Shown: in pieces, positions 16,351 to 26,362 of the stretch
How the letters are laid out: each line of letters begins with the position of its first letter
Numbering within the stretch: position 1 is the stretch's first letter
Assembly: GCA_945890715.1 (NCBI GenBank)
Contig: CAMDCX010000006.1
Span: forward strand, 3,497 to 67,496
DNA length: 64,000 bases
Reading direction: 5' to 3'
Origin: PVC group bacterium
GTDB lineage: Bacteria; Verrucomicrobiota; Kiritimatiellia; CAIKKV01; CAITUY01
Made by a program: the position numbers and the translations under genes
The notes under the pieces: model-generated
What the model saw: only the letters and a program-made list of their open reading frames with translations
Database searches by the model: none
What the model was told of the DNA's origin: nothing

Positions 16351-18681
16351 TCACTCCAGAATCTGAATTTCGGTCTCCAGTCGGATTCCTGACTGGCGAT
16401 TGACTTCCGCCCGGGTGATTTCAAGCACGGCCATTACATCGGAAGCCCGGGCGAGAGGGGTCGTGACGATGACGTTGGCATGGGGCAAGGAAATCGAGGC
16501 TCCCCCCACGGTGAAGCCCTTTAAGCCCGCCTGTTCTATCAATTGTCCTGCAAAGCCACCGGGGGGATTCTTAAAAATCGAGCCTGCGGATCGCAGTCCT
16601 TTCATCCAGGAGCGGCGGTGCGCCAGTTCCGCCCGTTCCCGGACGATCGTAGCGTGATCTCCTGGCGCAAGCTGAAAGGCGGCTTCGATGATGAGCTGGT
16701 CGCGCAAGGCCGGACAGGCGCGATAGCCGAAGTCCAGGTCATGGCGATAGATGACGCTTATCCGGTCATCGCGGTCAATGAAGCGAACCCAGGTCAGGGC
16801 ATCGGCGATGGATTTCCCCCAGGCTCCTGCATTGCCCCTGACTGCACCGCCGACGGTCCCGGGAATAGACTCAAGAAATTCCAGTCCCGCCAACCCCTGA
16901 TCTGCACTCCAGGCGAGAAGCTTCGTCAAAGGGGTTCCCGCACCTGCCACCACGAGGCCCTCGCGTGACGAGATGCGACGGAAGGGTTCTCCGGTCAGAC
17001 GTGCCACAACACCCCGTACGCCGAGATCACTGATGAGAACATTACTGCCGCCCCCCAGGATCTGAAAGGGGATCATCGCGGAGCGGGTCCATTTCACGAT
17101 TTTGAGGAGATCGTCCTCGTTGGCTATGTCCATCCAGAGATCCGCACGCCCCCCGACGCCCAGTGTGGTGCGGCTGGCCAGTGGTTCGCGGCCTTTGATC
17201 AGGGTGGACTGCAGGTCGATTTCACGGATAGCCCGGCTCACGGGGCTGGTGAGTTCCTCAATTCGTTTTCGCCCCAGATCGTCACGCGCCCAACCGGCAA
17301 TGCGTTCGACGTCGCCTGCGCCGATGACAAGGAAGGCATCGCCGATCTGCAATTGGCCGCGGGAGTAGTCCCAAGCATTACGGAGAGAAGAGGCTACCCT
17401 CACATTCAAGTCCGGATGTTTCCGGCAAAGGGCGTACAGGTCCCAAATAGATCCACCCGCGAGGGGGGCCTCCGAGGCCGCATAGACCGGGCACAATACG
17501 ACTTCGTCTAATCCTTTGAAGGCGGGCGGAAAATCAGGGCCCAAAGCCCGGGTTCGGGTGTACCGGTGCGGCTGAAATACGGCCAGGATCCGTGGTCGGT
17601 TCAAGCGGTTGGTGGCATTGACCAGGGCGGCGATTTCGGAGGGATGGTGAGCATAATCGGAAATAACGGCGAGGTCGGCCCGGTCAATGATCCGTTCAAA
17701 CCGGCGGCGGGGCAGTACCACTTTGGCGAGAGCTTCCCGGAGTACCTGAATGGGAATTTCCAACTCAAGCCCTACAGCCAGGCTTGAGATGGCATTGAGG
17801 ACATTGTGACGGCCCGGTGCGGAAACCGTGAAGAGCCCCAGCGAAGTCCCCTTCTGCGAGAGACGGAACTCTGTCGAGACGGGGGTTTCCCGGAGGACTT
17901 CAGCGCTCAAAGCGGCGTCCTTTGAAAATCCGAATGAGGTGGCATGAGGGTGAGTTCCACAGATCTTGGCGGCACGGGAATCATCGGCGCAGTACAGGAT
18001 CCGACGGCGCGTTTGGCGGATGAACGTTTGGAAACAAGCTTCAAAGGCGTCTACCCCGTCGAAATGTTCCATATGGTCGAATTCGACATTGGTGACCACG
18101 GCAATATCCGGGGCATACAGGGCGAGGGTTCCGTCACTTTCGTCGGCCTCGACCACGGTAATGCCTCCCGTTCCGATTCCGGCAACGCCGCCCAGAGGTT
18201 CCGCCTCGCCTCCGATACAGAAGGACGGTGCGCGGCCCGCCAGGGCGAGGATCTGGGCAATGAAGGAGGCGGTAGTGGTTTTGCCGTGGGTTCCGGCCAC
18301 TGCCACGAAAGGGGTGTCGGCCAGCAGGGCGGCAAGTACCTGGCCACGCTTGAAGACGGGAATTCCGCGAGTGAGCGCCGCTTGAATTTCGTCGGATGTC
18401 TCGGGAACCGCGGCGCTACGGACAACCCACTGGACATCCTCGGTCAGATGGGTAGGGGAATGGCGTTCAACGACCGTGATGCCCCGTTCCCGGAGCCAGC
18501 TGGCGAGTTTGTTGATCATCAGGTCGCAACCCGACACCGTGAAGCCGCGGGACTTAAGCAGGATGGCGAGGCCGGCCATTCCGACGCCGCAAATGCCCGC
18601 GAAATGAACATGGCCGGTGCCGGTCTGGATGTGTTGCGGCAGGGCGGCGGACGAGTTTAGAGGAATGGTCGGCGTGTTCAT
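16351..18681 (-). CDS. murC: bifunctional UDP-N-acetylmuramate--L-alanine ligase / UDP-N-acetylenolpyruvoylglucosamine reductase (MurC-MurB fusion)
   Basis: The N-terminal roughly 470 aa are MurC-like (HFAGICGVGMAGLA, GTHGKTTT). The C-terminal roughly 300 aa are MurB-like (TTLGVGGRADLW, ILGGGSNVLISD, SAGSIFKNP). Single uninterrupted ORF. Confidence 0.9.
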   Translation of the reverse strand: MNTPTIPLNSSAALPQHIQTGTGHVHFAGICGVGMAGLAILLKSRGFTVSGCDLMINKLASWLRERGITVVERHSPTHLTEDVQWVVRSAAVPETSDEIQAALTRGIPVFKRGQVLAALLADTPFVAVAGTHGKTTTASFIAQILALAGRAPSFCIGGEAEPLGGVAGIGTGGITVVEADESDGTLALYAPDIAVVTNVEFDHMEHFDGVDAFEACFQTFIRQTRRRILYCADDSRAAKICGTHPHATSFGFSKDAALSAEVLRETPVSTEFRLSQKGTSLGLFTVSAPGRHNVLNAISSLAVGLELEIPIQVLREALAKVVLPRRRFERIIDRADLAVISDYAHHPSEIAALVNATNRLNRPRILAVFQPHRYTRTRALGPDFPPAFKGLDEVVLCPVYAASEAPLAGGSIWDLYALCRKHPDLNVRVASSLRNAWDYSRGQLQIGDAFLVIGAGDVERIAGWARDDLGRKRIEELTSPVSRAIREIDLQSTLIKGREPLASRTTLGVGGRADLWMDIANEDDLLKIVKWTRSAMIPFQILGGGSNVLISDLGVRGVVARLTGEPFRRISSREGLVVAGAGTPLTKLLAWSADQGLAGLEFLESIPGTVGGAVRGNAGAWGKSIADALTWVRFIDRDDRISVIYRHDLDFGYRACPALRDQLIIEAAFQLAPGDHATIVRERAELAHRRSWMKGLRSAGSIFKNPPGGFAGQLIEQAGLKGFTVGGASISLPHANVIVTTPLARASDVMAVLEITRAEVNRQSGIRLETEIQILE

Positions 18682-18714
18682 GGCGAAAAATGGCTTCTCA
18701 ATATCATTCCTCGA

Positions 18715-19641
18715 TTATTTCATCAATTCATTCATTTTACCGAAAGCCCTTTTGGCGTTCGTGTGCCATCGGTTCAGATTGTTCAGCGGAATGTAGCCGA
18801 AGAGAGGATGAACCACCCTGGCATAGGTTTCCGGGTCCATGACGGCAAGTGCACCGGGGGTTAATGCGTCAACAACCCCGGTGATCCAGGGTGCGGGTTC
18901 AGTTGCGCTCCATTGGCCTTGGTTCATGGGGCACACCCGTTGGCAATCATCACACCCGTAGATCCAGGGGCCCATTTTGGCTTCCAGCTCCGGCGGTATC
19001 GGCTCCGGAGCCTCATAGGTCAAATAGGCGATGCAGTGGTGGATGCGGGTAACATAGGGTTCCGCAAGAGCCTTGGTGCGACAGGCATCGAGGCAGGCAT
19101 GGCATCCCTCAGGGCAGGGGGCCGGTGGGGCGGGGATATCGGGCTCCAGGGCCGCGTCCACCATCCAGGCTTCGATATTGATCCAGGAGCCGCACCCAGG
19201 CGCATAGGCAAATCCGTTTTTTCCAATCTGGACGATCCCGGCCCGTACGGCGGCTTCGCGAGACGGAACGCCACCGGTTCGTACCCGTATTCCCAGGGCC
19301 GTCAGGCCGTCTTTCATGCGTTTCGGCATGGTTGTATCCGGGCAATCCTTGATGCGTCGGTCGCAGAGATAGTTTCGCCCGATATGGCTGGCCACCGTTT
19401 CAGGAATGGCATATTTTCCATAGCGCCGCACGCAGATCACGATGGCCCGGGCCCAGGGATTCAGGCCCAGGGGTTCCGCGCGTCGTTCCATTCGCCGACA
19501 CAGTTCCGCTGATTCCGGGAAACGTTGAGCGAGTTCATGAAGGCTGGTGCGGTAATCCTCAAAGGGCTGAACGCCGGCGATCCCGCAGGCGTGATAGCCG
19601 AGGGTAGCGGCAAGTGACTTGATCTGGTCTTTCAAGGACAT
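18715..19641 (-). CDS. epoxyqueuosine reductase-like 4Fe-4S protein
   Basis: Two cysteine clusters (CPEGCHACLDAC and CDDCQRVCPMN) and a QueG-like N-terminus. The assignment to QueG proper is tentative. Confidence 0.55.
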   Translation of the reverse strand: MSLKDQIKSLAATLGYHACGIAGVQPFEDYRTSLHELAQRFPESAELCRRMERRAEPLGLNPWARAIVICVRRYGKYAIPETVASHIGRNYLCDRRIKDCPDTTMPKRMKDGLTALGIRVRTGGVPSREAAVRAGIVQIGKNGFAYAPGCGSWINIEAWMVDAALEPDIPAPPAPCPEGCHACLDACRTKALAEPYVTRIHHCIAYLTYEAPEPIPPELEAKMGPWIYGCDDCQRVCPMNQGQWSATEPAPWITGVVDALTPGALAVMDPETYARVVHPLFGYIPLNNLNRWHTNAKRAFGKMNELMK

Positions 19642-19739
19642 GAGGAAAAAGTATGGTAACGTATTTTCATTCTCTGGTGTTCACAAATTTCTCAGTTCGT
19701 TGTAGAGTCTTGCATTATAAAAATAAAGGAGGATCTGTC

Positions 19740-20276
19740 ATGACAGAATTAAGCGGTTCGAAAACAGAAAAGAATTTGCAGGAAGCGTTTGCGGGGGAAT
19801 CACAGGCGCGGAACAAGTATACCTATTTCGCCTCAGTGGCCAAGAAGGAGGGCTATGAGCAGATTGCGGCTCTTTTTTTGGAGACCGCTGATCAGGAAAA
19901 GACGCATGCCAAGTTGCATTTCAAGGCACTCAGCGGGATTGGCGATACACTGGCCAACCTCAAGGCGGCGGCGGGCGGAGAGCATGAGGAGTGGACACAG
20001 ATGTATCCCCGGATGGCCAAGGAGGCTCGTGCCGAGGGGTTTGATACCATTGCCCGCCTGTTTGAAAACATTGCCAAGATCGAAAAGGAACACCAGGAAC
20101 GCTATCTGGCCCTTCTGAAAAATCTGGAAGAGGGGAAAGTCTTCAAGAAGGAAACGAAGGTCAAGTGGCGTTGTCGGGAATGCGGGTTTGTCCATGAAGG
20201 CACCAGCGCCCTGGCCAAGTGCCCGGTGTGCGACCATCCCCAGTCCTTTTTCGAGCTGGTTCCTGTGAATTATTGA
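19740..20276 (+). CDS. rbr: rubrerythrin
   Basis: EKNLQEAFAGESQARNKY ferritin-like diiron domain plus C-terminal rubredoxin-like CRECG...CPVC. RBS AAGGAGG lies before the ATG at 19740. Confidence 0.9.
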   Translation: MTELSGSKTEKNLQEAFAGESQARNKYTYFASVAKKEGYEQIAALFLETADQEKTHAKLHFKALSGIGDTLANLKAAAGGEHEEWTQMYPRMAKEARAEGFDTIARLFENIAKIEKEHQERYLALLKNLEEGKVFKKETKVKWRCRECGFVHEGTSALAKCPVCDHPQSFFELVPVNY

Positions 20277-20293
20277 TTTGATGGGAATGCGCC

Positions 20294-21463
20294 ATGACAA
20301 AGACTCTTAGAGAGTTTGCCCAGGATCGGGAAGATAAAATCCTGGATCATCCCTTTGCCACCCCCAGTTCAACCAGCAGGGGGCGTGAACGAAACGAACC
20401 GGAAGACCCGATCCGGTTGTGTTTCCAGAGGGATGCCCACCGGATTTTGCATTGTACCGCCTTTAGACGGTTGCGCTACAAGACCCAGGTCATTTTTTCT
20501 CCTGAAAGTGACCATGTATCCACCCGGGTTGACCATTCCCTGTACATGGCCTCTATCGCCCAGACCGTCGCCAGGGCGCTTGGATTGAATCAGGACCTGG
20601 CCTATGCGATCGCGCTGGGGCATGACCTCGGTCATGGCCCCTTCGGACACGCCGGCGAAACCGTGTTGGATAAGTTGTGGAAGCGGAATGATTCGGCCCA
20701 GTCATTTTCCCATGAACTCCATAGTCTTCGCGTTGTGGATCAACTGGCGTTCCGTCCCTCCACCGAGGAACGGGGCTTGAATCTGACTTATGAAGTCCGG
20801 GATGGCATTGTCTGCCATTGTGGTGAAAGTACGGAACAAACCCTTACTCCCCGGGCGAAGCCGGGGCCTGCCTTGGGAAAAATCCGTCGTCGCGGGGTGG
20901 TTCCTCTTACGCTGGAGGGCTGTGTGGTCAGGTTAGCTGACCGGATCGCCTACTCGGGACGGGATTATGAGGACGCCTTAAGTGTTTTCGGGAAAATGCC
21001 GCCTCTCCCCAAGGCCGTGATCAAGGTATTGGGGGAGGATAATCGCACGATTATCAATAATCTGGTTACCGATATGATCCGAATCAATCTCAAGACCCCT
21101 GATCGAATCGGATTTTCAGACGATGTGTTTGAGGCGTTCAGGCAGCTTTATGCCTATAACTGCAAGAACATCTACTTTCACCCGTTGCTCAAGGAATATG
21201 CGGTTCGCGCCGAGAATATGCTAACAACGATTTTTGATTTCGAACAAAGGGAACTGTCATCTCGTCGACAGAACCAGTGGGGTGTGGTGTCCGATAAGGA
21301 TCCCTTGGCCGTCCGGGAACTTCATCACTTCATCGAGAAGCTGTACGGCAAGCGGGACCGACCGTCATTGTCACAGATCGTCATCGACCACATGTCCCTG
21401 ATGACCGATCGGTACGCCCGTAACTTCTTTCAGGAAATCTTCCTGCCCAAGCCGGTGGGGTGA
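20294..21463 (+). CDS. dGTP triphosphohydrolase-like HD-domain protein
   Basis: HRILHCTAFRRLRYKTQV and the HD motif GHDLGHGPFGH. Confidence 0.8.
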   Translation: MTKTLREFAQDREDKILDHPFATPSSTSRGRERNEPEDPIRLCFQRDAHRILHCTAFRRLRYKTQVIFSPESDHVSTRVDHSLYMASIAQTVARALGLNQDLAYAIALGHDLGHGPFGHAGETVLDKLWKRNDSAQSFSHELHSLRVVDQLAFRPSTEERGLNLTYEVRDGIVCHCGESTEQTLTPRAKPGPALGKIRRRGVVPLTLEGCVVRLADRIAYSGRDYEDALSVFGKMPPLPKAVIKVLGEDNRTIINNLVTDMIRINLKTPDRIGFSDDVFEAFRQLYAYNCKNIYFHPLLKEYAVRAENMLTTIFDFEQRELSSRRQNQWGVVSDKDPLAVRELHHFIEKLYGKRDRPSLSQIVIDHMSLMTDRYARNFFQEIFLPKPVG

Positions 21464-21474
21464 ATCCGTGATCC

Positions 21475-22389
21475 CTATCGGATTCCCCTCCGGTAGGCTG
21501 ATGCCGATTTGCCTGTGATTGCGCGGAATACGCCGGCGAAATACTGGCTTGATGCGAATCCGCACTCAAGGGAAATTTCAGTGATAGGGCGCTGGGTTGA
21601 TATCAGAAGGCGACGTGCCTTTTCAACACGCAGTCGGTTCAGGTAGAGAATCGGCGTGTCACCTGTTTGATGATGGAACAAGGCGGAAAATTGGGTTCGC
21701 TTGAGCCCCACATGCGCTGCCATACTGTCGAGAATCCACGGCTCATCACAGCGGGTTTCCAACTCGATAAGAAACTTTTTCAGTTTTGAAAAGGCCGGGT
21801 TAACAGGCGGCAAGGGCATCGTGCAGGAGGACAGGATACGGGCGAGTTCAACCACAAGCAGGGCCAGTAACTGTGCCACATACCGTTCGTGGAAGGGCCC
21901 CGTGATGTCTAATTCCTGGACTAATGAAGGGAAAAGTGAACGGATCAGGGGGGTGGCCGGCCAGACACGGCGTGGAGCGTTCCGAAGATGTGTCGCAATG
22001 GAACGGCTGTCCGGGGCGGAGAGTCCAAGCTGACGGGGAAATGAAAACGGCCCTGGTTGGCTAAGATTATTGCCGTTCAATCGAAGGACGACGAAATACC
22101 ATTCATGGCCGGGTTCAAATTCCGAGCTGCTGCCATGGGTTTCCCAGGGCAACGTAAAAAAAACCGAGTCGGGCGGGAGGGTTTCCCGACGCCCCTCATA
22201 TTCCCAGTTCAAGTGGCCGTGCCGCAGATAAACGATTTCCAGCCCGGGATTCCGGTGCTGGGGCAGTCGCCTTGCGCTTCCATGTCCATATTCGTCCACC
22301 AACCGGGTAAGGCGGTCGCGGGGAGCGACTCCGCCGCGCGGGAAAGCAGCTAAGTTGCCATCAGCAGGAATGGGGCCGGATTGTCTCAT
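21475..22389 (-). CDS. AraC-family transcriptional regulator (cupin sensor + HTH)
   Basis: C-terminal AraC HTH (ISLECGFASSQYFAGVFRAITGKSASAYR). Start set at the ATG at 22389. Confidence 0.8.
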   Translation of the reverse strand: MRQSGPIPADGNLAAFPRGGVAPRDRLTRLVDEYGHGSARRLPQHRNPGLEIVYLRHGHLNWEYEGRRETLPPDSVFFTLPWETHGSSSEFEPGHEWYFVVLRLNGNNLSQPGPFSFPRQLGLSAPDSRSIATHLRNAPRRVWPATPLIRSLFPSLVQELDITGPFHERYVAQLLALLVVELARILSSCTMPLPPVNPAFSKLKKFLIELETRCDEPWILDSMAAHVGLKRTQFSALFHHQTGDTPILYLNRLRVEKARRLLISTQRPITEISLECGFASSQYFAGVFRAITGKSASAYRRGIR

Positions 22390-22393
22390 GGTC

Positions 22394-22418
22394 AATTTGT
22401 TCTACAATGAAACAAATT
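22394..22418. promoter_or_regulatory. 8-bp inverted repeat in the divergent AraC/AraC intergenic region
   Basis: AATTTGTT (22394-22401) and AACAAATT (22411-22418) separated by 9 nt, 5 nt upstream of the first AraC start codon. Confidence 0.25.
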
Positions 22419-22520
22419 CTGCATGTTATTACAATATTTACCGGTGTGTATCGATTTACTCAGAAGAGGTAGGGGTGAGCGTATATTTTATTCCTGACAA
22501 GGCGGTGCTGAAAGCGGATT

Positions 22521-23417
22521 ATGGCAGGAGCATTCGTTGAGAATCACCAGGGAGTTGTCATGGTGCAGAAAAAGAAAAGTCTGAATTACGATGGAACCCA
22601 TGTGAAATGGGATGACCGTCATGTTCGCTCACCCCGTGCCGCCTTTGGACAGGTAGTGTATGAACCCGCTGGTTTTTGCGGTCCCCGTATTCAAAAAGAC
22701 ATTGAATTTGTTCTGCTCCATCATGGAGCCTGTGACGTACTGGTTGACGGAAAGGCGCGTGTATTAAAACCCGGAATGGTTTATCTGTTTTTGCCGCAGC
22801 ATCGGGAGGAATTTCGATTTTCAACCGAAATCCGAACTCACCACTCCTGGTGTTCGTTTCGTCCGGATCTGCCCGATGATGCGCTTCGCCACGCACTTGT
22901 CCAGGCTCCAGTCGAGGCGACTCTTTCGCCGTTATTTGAGAAGCTCCTGGCTGATGCCTTTTTGATCGGACCCGTCCAAGGGGAGATATCTGAACGTGTC
23001 GTTGAATGTCTCGCTCTCGCGGTGGGGGCCGAATATCTTGCCATGACGCGATCGCCGCCCGGTACCGCCGGTGCCGATCCCTGCGTAGTGCGCGCCCTGC
23101 GCCACATGGAGGATCACTACTCCCAGTCCAACTGTCTGGCAACCACGCATGCCATGGCTGGTTGTTCTAGGAATGCGCTCATTACCCGCTTTGTCCGTGT
23201 CACCGCGCTCACTCCGGACTGTTACCTCTGGCGTCTGCGTACCCAGAAAGGCATCGCCATGCTTTCGGCCACGGGGCTGACTGTGGCCGAAATCGCGGAC
23301 CGGTGCGGATTCCAGAGCCCTTTCCATTTTTCCCGGCTGGTCAAGAAACTCCAGGGGTGTAGTCCCCGTGAGACCCGCGCCCGTGCCTGGGCGGCGCCTT
23401 CCTTAAAGAATGCGTGA
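22521..23417 (+). CDS. AraC-family transcriptional regulator
   Basis: C-terminal AraC HTH (VAEIADRCGFQSPFHFSRLVKKLQGCSPRE) and an N-terminal cupin-like domain. The true start could be MVQKK at 22560. Confidence 0.8.
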   Translation: MAGAFVENHQGVVMVQKKKSLNYDGTHVKWDDRHVRSPRAAFGQVVYEPAGFCGPRIQKDIEFVLLHHGACDVLVDGKARVLKPGMVYLFLPQHREEFRFSTEIRTHHSWCSFRPDLPDDALRHALVQAPVEATLSPLFEKLLADAFLIGPVQGEISERVVECLALAVGAEYLAMTRSPPGTAGADPCVVRALRHMEDHYSQSNCLATTHAMAGCSRNALITRFVRVTALTPDCYLWRLRTQKGIAMLSATGLTVAEIADRCGFQSPFHFSRLVKKLQGCSPRETRARAWAAPSLKNA

Positions 23418-23548
23418 TGTCAGATATGTTTTTTGTGATGAAGGGTATTCTCTTGTTCTGGGAAGTCTGGCATTCTTGCTCCTCTAATTGGATCATTTAA
23501 TCTCAATCCTGATATTGCAGGATAGGTTCCATAAGTGAGGAGAGTTAT

Positions 23549-24808
23549 ATGACGAGTAGAGAACGCGTCGCAAAAGCCCTTGCCCATCAGCAACCCGACC
23601 GTGTTCCCGTGGATATCGGATCTACGGCAGTGACCGGCATTCATGTTTCGGCTGTCACGCGATTGCGTGACGCCATCCTGGGGAGCGGGCGTGGCTCCGT
23701 CAAGGTGATTGAGCCCTACCAGATGCTGGGTGAGGTGGATGCTGAACTGCGAGCGGCGCTGGGCATTGATGTCGTCGGGCTCATGACCCGCAAGACACTG
23801 TTCGGGTTCGAGAATCGTGATTGGAAGCCCTTTACCCTGTTCGACGGGACTGAGGTGTTGGTGCCGGGTCAGTTCAATATCACCGTGGACAGCAGTGGCG
23901 ATTACCTGCTGTATCCGGAGGGCGATATGACCGTCCCTCCCAGCGGCCGTATGCCTAAGGGTGCCCATTTCTTTGATTCTATTATCCGCCAGCCGCCTAT
24001 TGATGAGGATCGACTCAATCCTGCGGACAACACGGAGGAATTTGGACTCCTGAGCGAGGACGATACAGCATGGTACCGCGCCCGGGCGGCGGATCTTGAC
24101 CGCCAACCGGATCTGGCTGTGGCTATGACCATGCCCGGAACGGCATTCGGCGACATCGCCTTGGTTCCCGCCCCGTGGATGAAACACCCGAAGGGCATTC
24201 GTGACATCGAGGAGTGGTATGTTTCCACGGCAGCCCGTCAGGACTACGTGCTGGCCATCTTTGAGAAGCAGTGTGAGATCGCCTTGCAGAATATTGAGAC
24301 ACTAATCGGCATACTTGGGAATCGGGTGCAGGCGGTGTTTCTCACCGGTACGGATTTTGGTACCCAGCGCGGCTTGTTTATCTCCGTGAATGCCTACCGT
24401 GAACTCTTCAAGCCTTTCCACATCAAGGTGAACAAGCTTATCCATGAGAAGTGCGGCTGGAAAACGTTTATCCATTCCTGTGGAGGTATTGCTGAGTTGC
24501 TCCCTGACATCATCGAGGCGGGCTTTGATATCCTGAATCCCGTCCAGTGTTCCGCGGAGGGGATGGAGGCGAGGGGGCTCAAGGAGCGGTACGGCCGGCA
24601 GCTCACCTTCTGGGGAGGCGGCGCCAACACCCAGCAGACCCTCCAGTTCGGGACGCCGGAGCAGGTTTATCGTGAGGTCCTTGAACGGATCGAGATTTTC
24701 AACCGCGACGGCGGGTTCATTTTCGACCCCGTGCATAACATCCAGGCAACCACGCCGACATCGAATATGCTTGCGATGTTCAAGGCGATCAAGGATGGCA
24801 GCCGGTAG
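23549..24808 (+). CDS. uroporphyrinogen-decarboxylase (URO-D/MtaA-like) family protein
   Basis: N-terminus SRERVAKALAHQQPDRVPVD and C-terminal HSCGGIAELLPDIIEAGFDILNPVQ are typical of URO-D superfamily TIM barrels. Confidence 0.7.
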   Translation: MTSRERVAKALAHQQPDRVPVDIGSTAVTGIHVSAVTRLRDAILGSGRGSVKVIEPYQMLGEVDAELRAALGIDVVGLMTRKTLFGFENRDWKPFTLFDGTEVLVPGQFNITVDSSGDYLLYPEGDMTVPPSGRMPKGAHFFDSIIRQPPIDEDRLNPADNTEEFGLLSEDDTAWYRARAADLDRQPDLAVAMTMPGTAFGDIALVPAPWMKHPKGIRDIEEWYVSTAARQDYVLAIFEKQCEIALQNIETLIGILGNRVQAVFLTGTDFGTQRGLFISVNAYRELFKPFHIKVNKLIHEKCGWKTFIHSCGGIAELLPDIIEAGFDILNPVQCSAEGMEARGLKERYGRQLTFWGGGANTQQTLQFGTPEQVYREVLERIEIFNRDGGFIFDPVHNIQATTPTSNMLAMFKAIKDGSR

Positions 24809-24842
24809 AGGAACAGATGTCGATGGATCACTCAGGAGCCCC

Positions 24843-26258
24843 ATGATGGAAAATTCAAAGCACAGCGACGTGAAAATCAACTTGGCCTACTTGATCCCCA
24901 TTTGCCTTGTGGCGACATTGGGAGGATTGCTCTTCGGATATGATACCGGTGTGATCTCGGGTGCCATCGAGCCGATGACCGTGAAATTCGCGTTGAGCGA
25001 CGTCATGAAGGGCTGGGCCTCGGGCTGCGTCCTGATCGGATGCGCAATGGGAGTGCTGCTTGCCGGACCGTTTTCAGACCGGTTCGGACGCAAGAAAACC
25101 CTGTTTGTGGCAGCGGTATTGTTCCTGGTCTCCGCGCTCGGCACGGCGTTGCCGAAGGATATCATGAGCTTCATCGTATTCCGGATTCTGGGTGGGGTTG
25201 GAATCGGGATCGCCTCGATATCCACGCCGATGTACATCGCGGAAATTACGCCGGCCCGATACCGGGGGCGTATGGTGGCCGTGAACCAGATCGCGATCGT
25301 AGGCGGCATTGCCCTGGTATATTTTATCAACTACTTCATCGTCCGCCTCGGTGATCAGGCGTGGAATGTCGAGACCGGGTGGCGCTGGATGTTCGCGTCA
25401 GGAGCCGCTCCATCCGTGTTGTTCCTGTTGTTGCTGGGCGTCATTCCCGAGAGTCCCCGCTGGTTGTTGGAGCAGGGGCGTGAGTCGCAGGCCCGCGCCA
25501 TTCTTGCCCGTGTCGGTGGTGAGCTTTTTGCCGCGTCGGAAGTAGCGGCCATCCGTGGTTCGTTGGCGGATGAAAAGGGAACCTGGGCTGAACTGTTCTC
25601 TCCCGCGTTGTTGCGGCCCTTGGGTTTGGGAATTGCCCTGGCGAGTCTTCAGCAGGTCACAGGGATCAATGTGTTTATGTATTTCGGCACCACCATTTTC
25701 AAGAACATGAGCCAGTCCACGGGGGTGGATGCGGGCATGCTTCAACAGATGGTGATCGGCGGGTCCGGTGTCCTGTTCACGGTGATTGCCATCGCCACCG
25801 TGGACCGGTGGGGGCGCAAGCCGTTGATGGTTCTGGGGACGAGCGGGATGGGCGTGAGCCTGGTCGGCATGGGAATCATGGCCCAGGTTCTCCATGATCC
25901 CACCCAGGCCAGTCATGCCATGCTGGGCTTCATTATTCTCTACATTGCCTGTTTCGGGCTCTCCGTGGGGCCGGTGGTGTGGGTGATCCTGTCGGAGATC
26001 TATCCCACGGCGGTGCGCGGCCGGGCCCTGGGCCTTGCCACCTTCTGTCTGTGGATCAGTGATTACGTTGTGACGCAGACCTTCCCGATGATGGATGCGC
26101 CGGGCTCGTGGCTGGTGCAGAAATTCAATCACGCTTTCCCCTTTTATGTTTATGCCGCTTTCTGCGTCGTCCTGCTGGTCGTCCTCCGCTTTGTCCCTGA
26201 GACGAAAGGCAGGACCCTGGAAGAAATCGAGCACTCGTGGTTTCATCCGGATGGGTGA
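24843..26258 (+). CDS. MFS sugar porter (XylE/GalP-like)
   Basis: GRKKTLF, PESPRWL and PETKGRTLEEIE sugar-porter signatures with 12 TM segments. Start set at MMENSK. Confidence 0.85.
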   Translation: MMENSKHSDVKINLAYLIPICLVATLGGLLFGYDTGVISGAIEPMTVKFALSDVMKGWASGCVLIGCAMGVLLAGPFSDRFGRKKTLFVAAVLFLVSALGTALPKDIMSFIVFRILGGVGIGIASISTPMYIAEITPARYRGRMVAVNQIAIVGGIALVYFINYFIVRLGDQAWNVETGWRWMFASGAAPSVLFLLLLGVIPESPRWLLEQGRESQARAILARVGGELFAASEVAAIRGSLADEKGTWAELFSPALLRPLGLGIALASLQQVTGINVFMYFGTTIFKNMSQSTGVDAGMLQQMVIGGSGVLFTVIAIATVDRWGRKPLMVLGTSGMGVSLVGMGIMAQVLHDPTQASHAMLGFIILYIACFGLSVGPVVWVILSEIYPTAVRGRALGLATFCLWISDYVVTQTFPMMDAPGSWLVQKFNHAFPFYVYAAFCVVLLVVLRFVPETKGRTLEEIEHSWFHPDG

Positions 26259-26362
26259 TACGGGGACGGTTCGCATTTCCATTATTTACCGGCGGACTTC
26301 TACGGACGCGATTCCTGTCGGGTGATGTATAGTGCCTCCTGTTGATCCGAAGGAGTCATGAT

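Noticed and set aside
23468-23479. Sigma54-like TGGCA..TTGC motif upstream of the URO-D-like gene, and TGGCACGGTATGC at 56550-56562.
   Set aside because: The GG-to-GC spacing is 3 nt (respectively 2 nt) shorter than the required -24/-12 geometry.
23420-24187. 255-aa minus-strand ORF antisense to the URO-D-like gene. Similar cases occur at 25398-26282, 22558-23142 and 24302-24880.
   Set aside because: All are mirror-frame ORFs of confidently assigned plus-strand genes. They have no motifs and a skewed R/G/H/P composition.
24672-24842. Long N-terminal extensions offered by the ORF track. Examples are the MFS gene from 24672, ABC ATPase from 11185, GH2 from 29174, PfkB from 33314, hisC from 62051, the oxidoreductase from 60011 and echA from 40734.
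   Set aside because: The extensions overlap the upstream gene, are Arg/Pro/Ser-rich, and precede an internal Met that restores the canonical family N-terminus. That Met often has an RBS or a stop-start junction. Shorter coordinates were therefore used.
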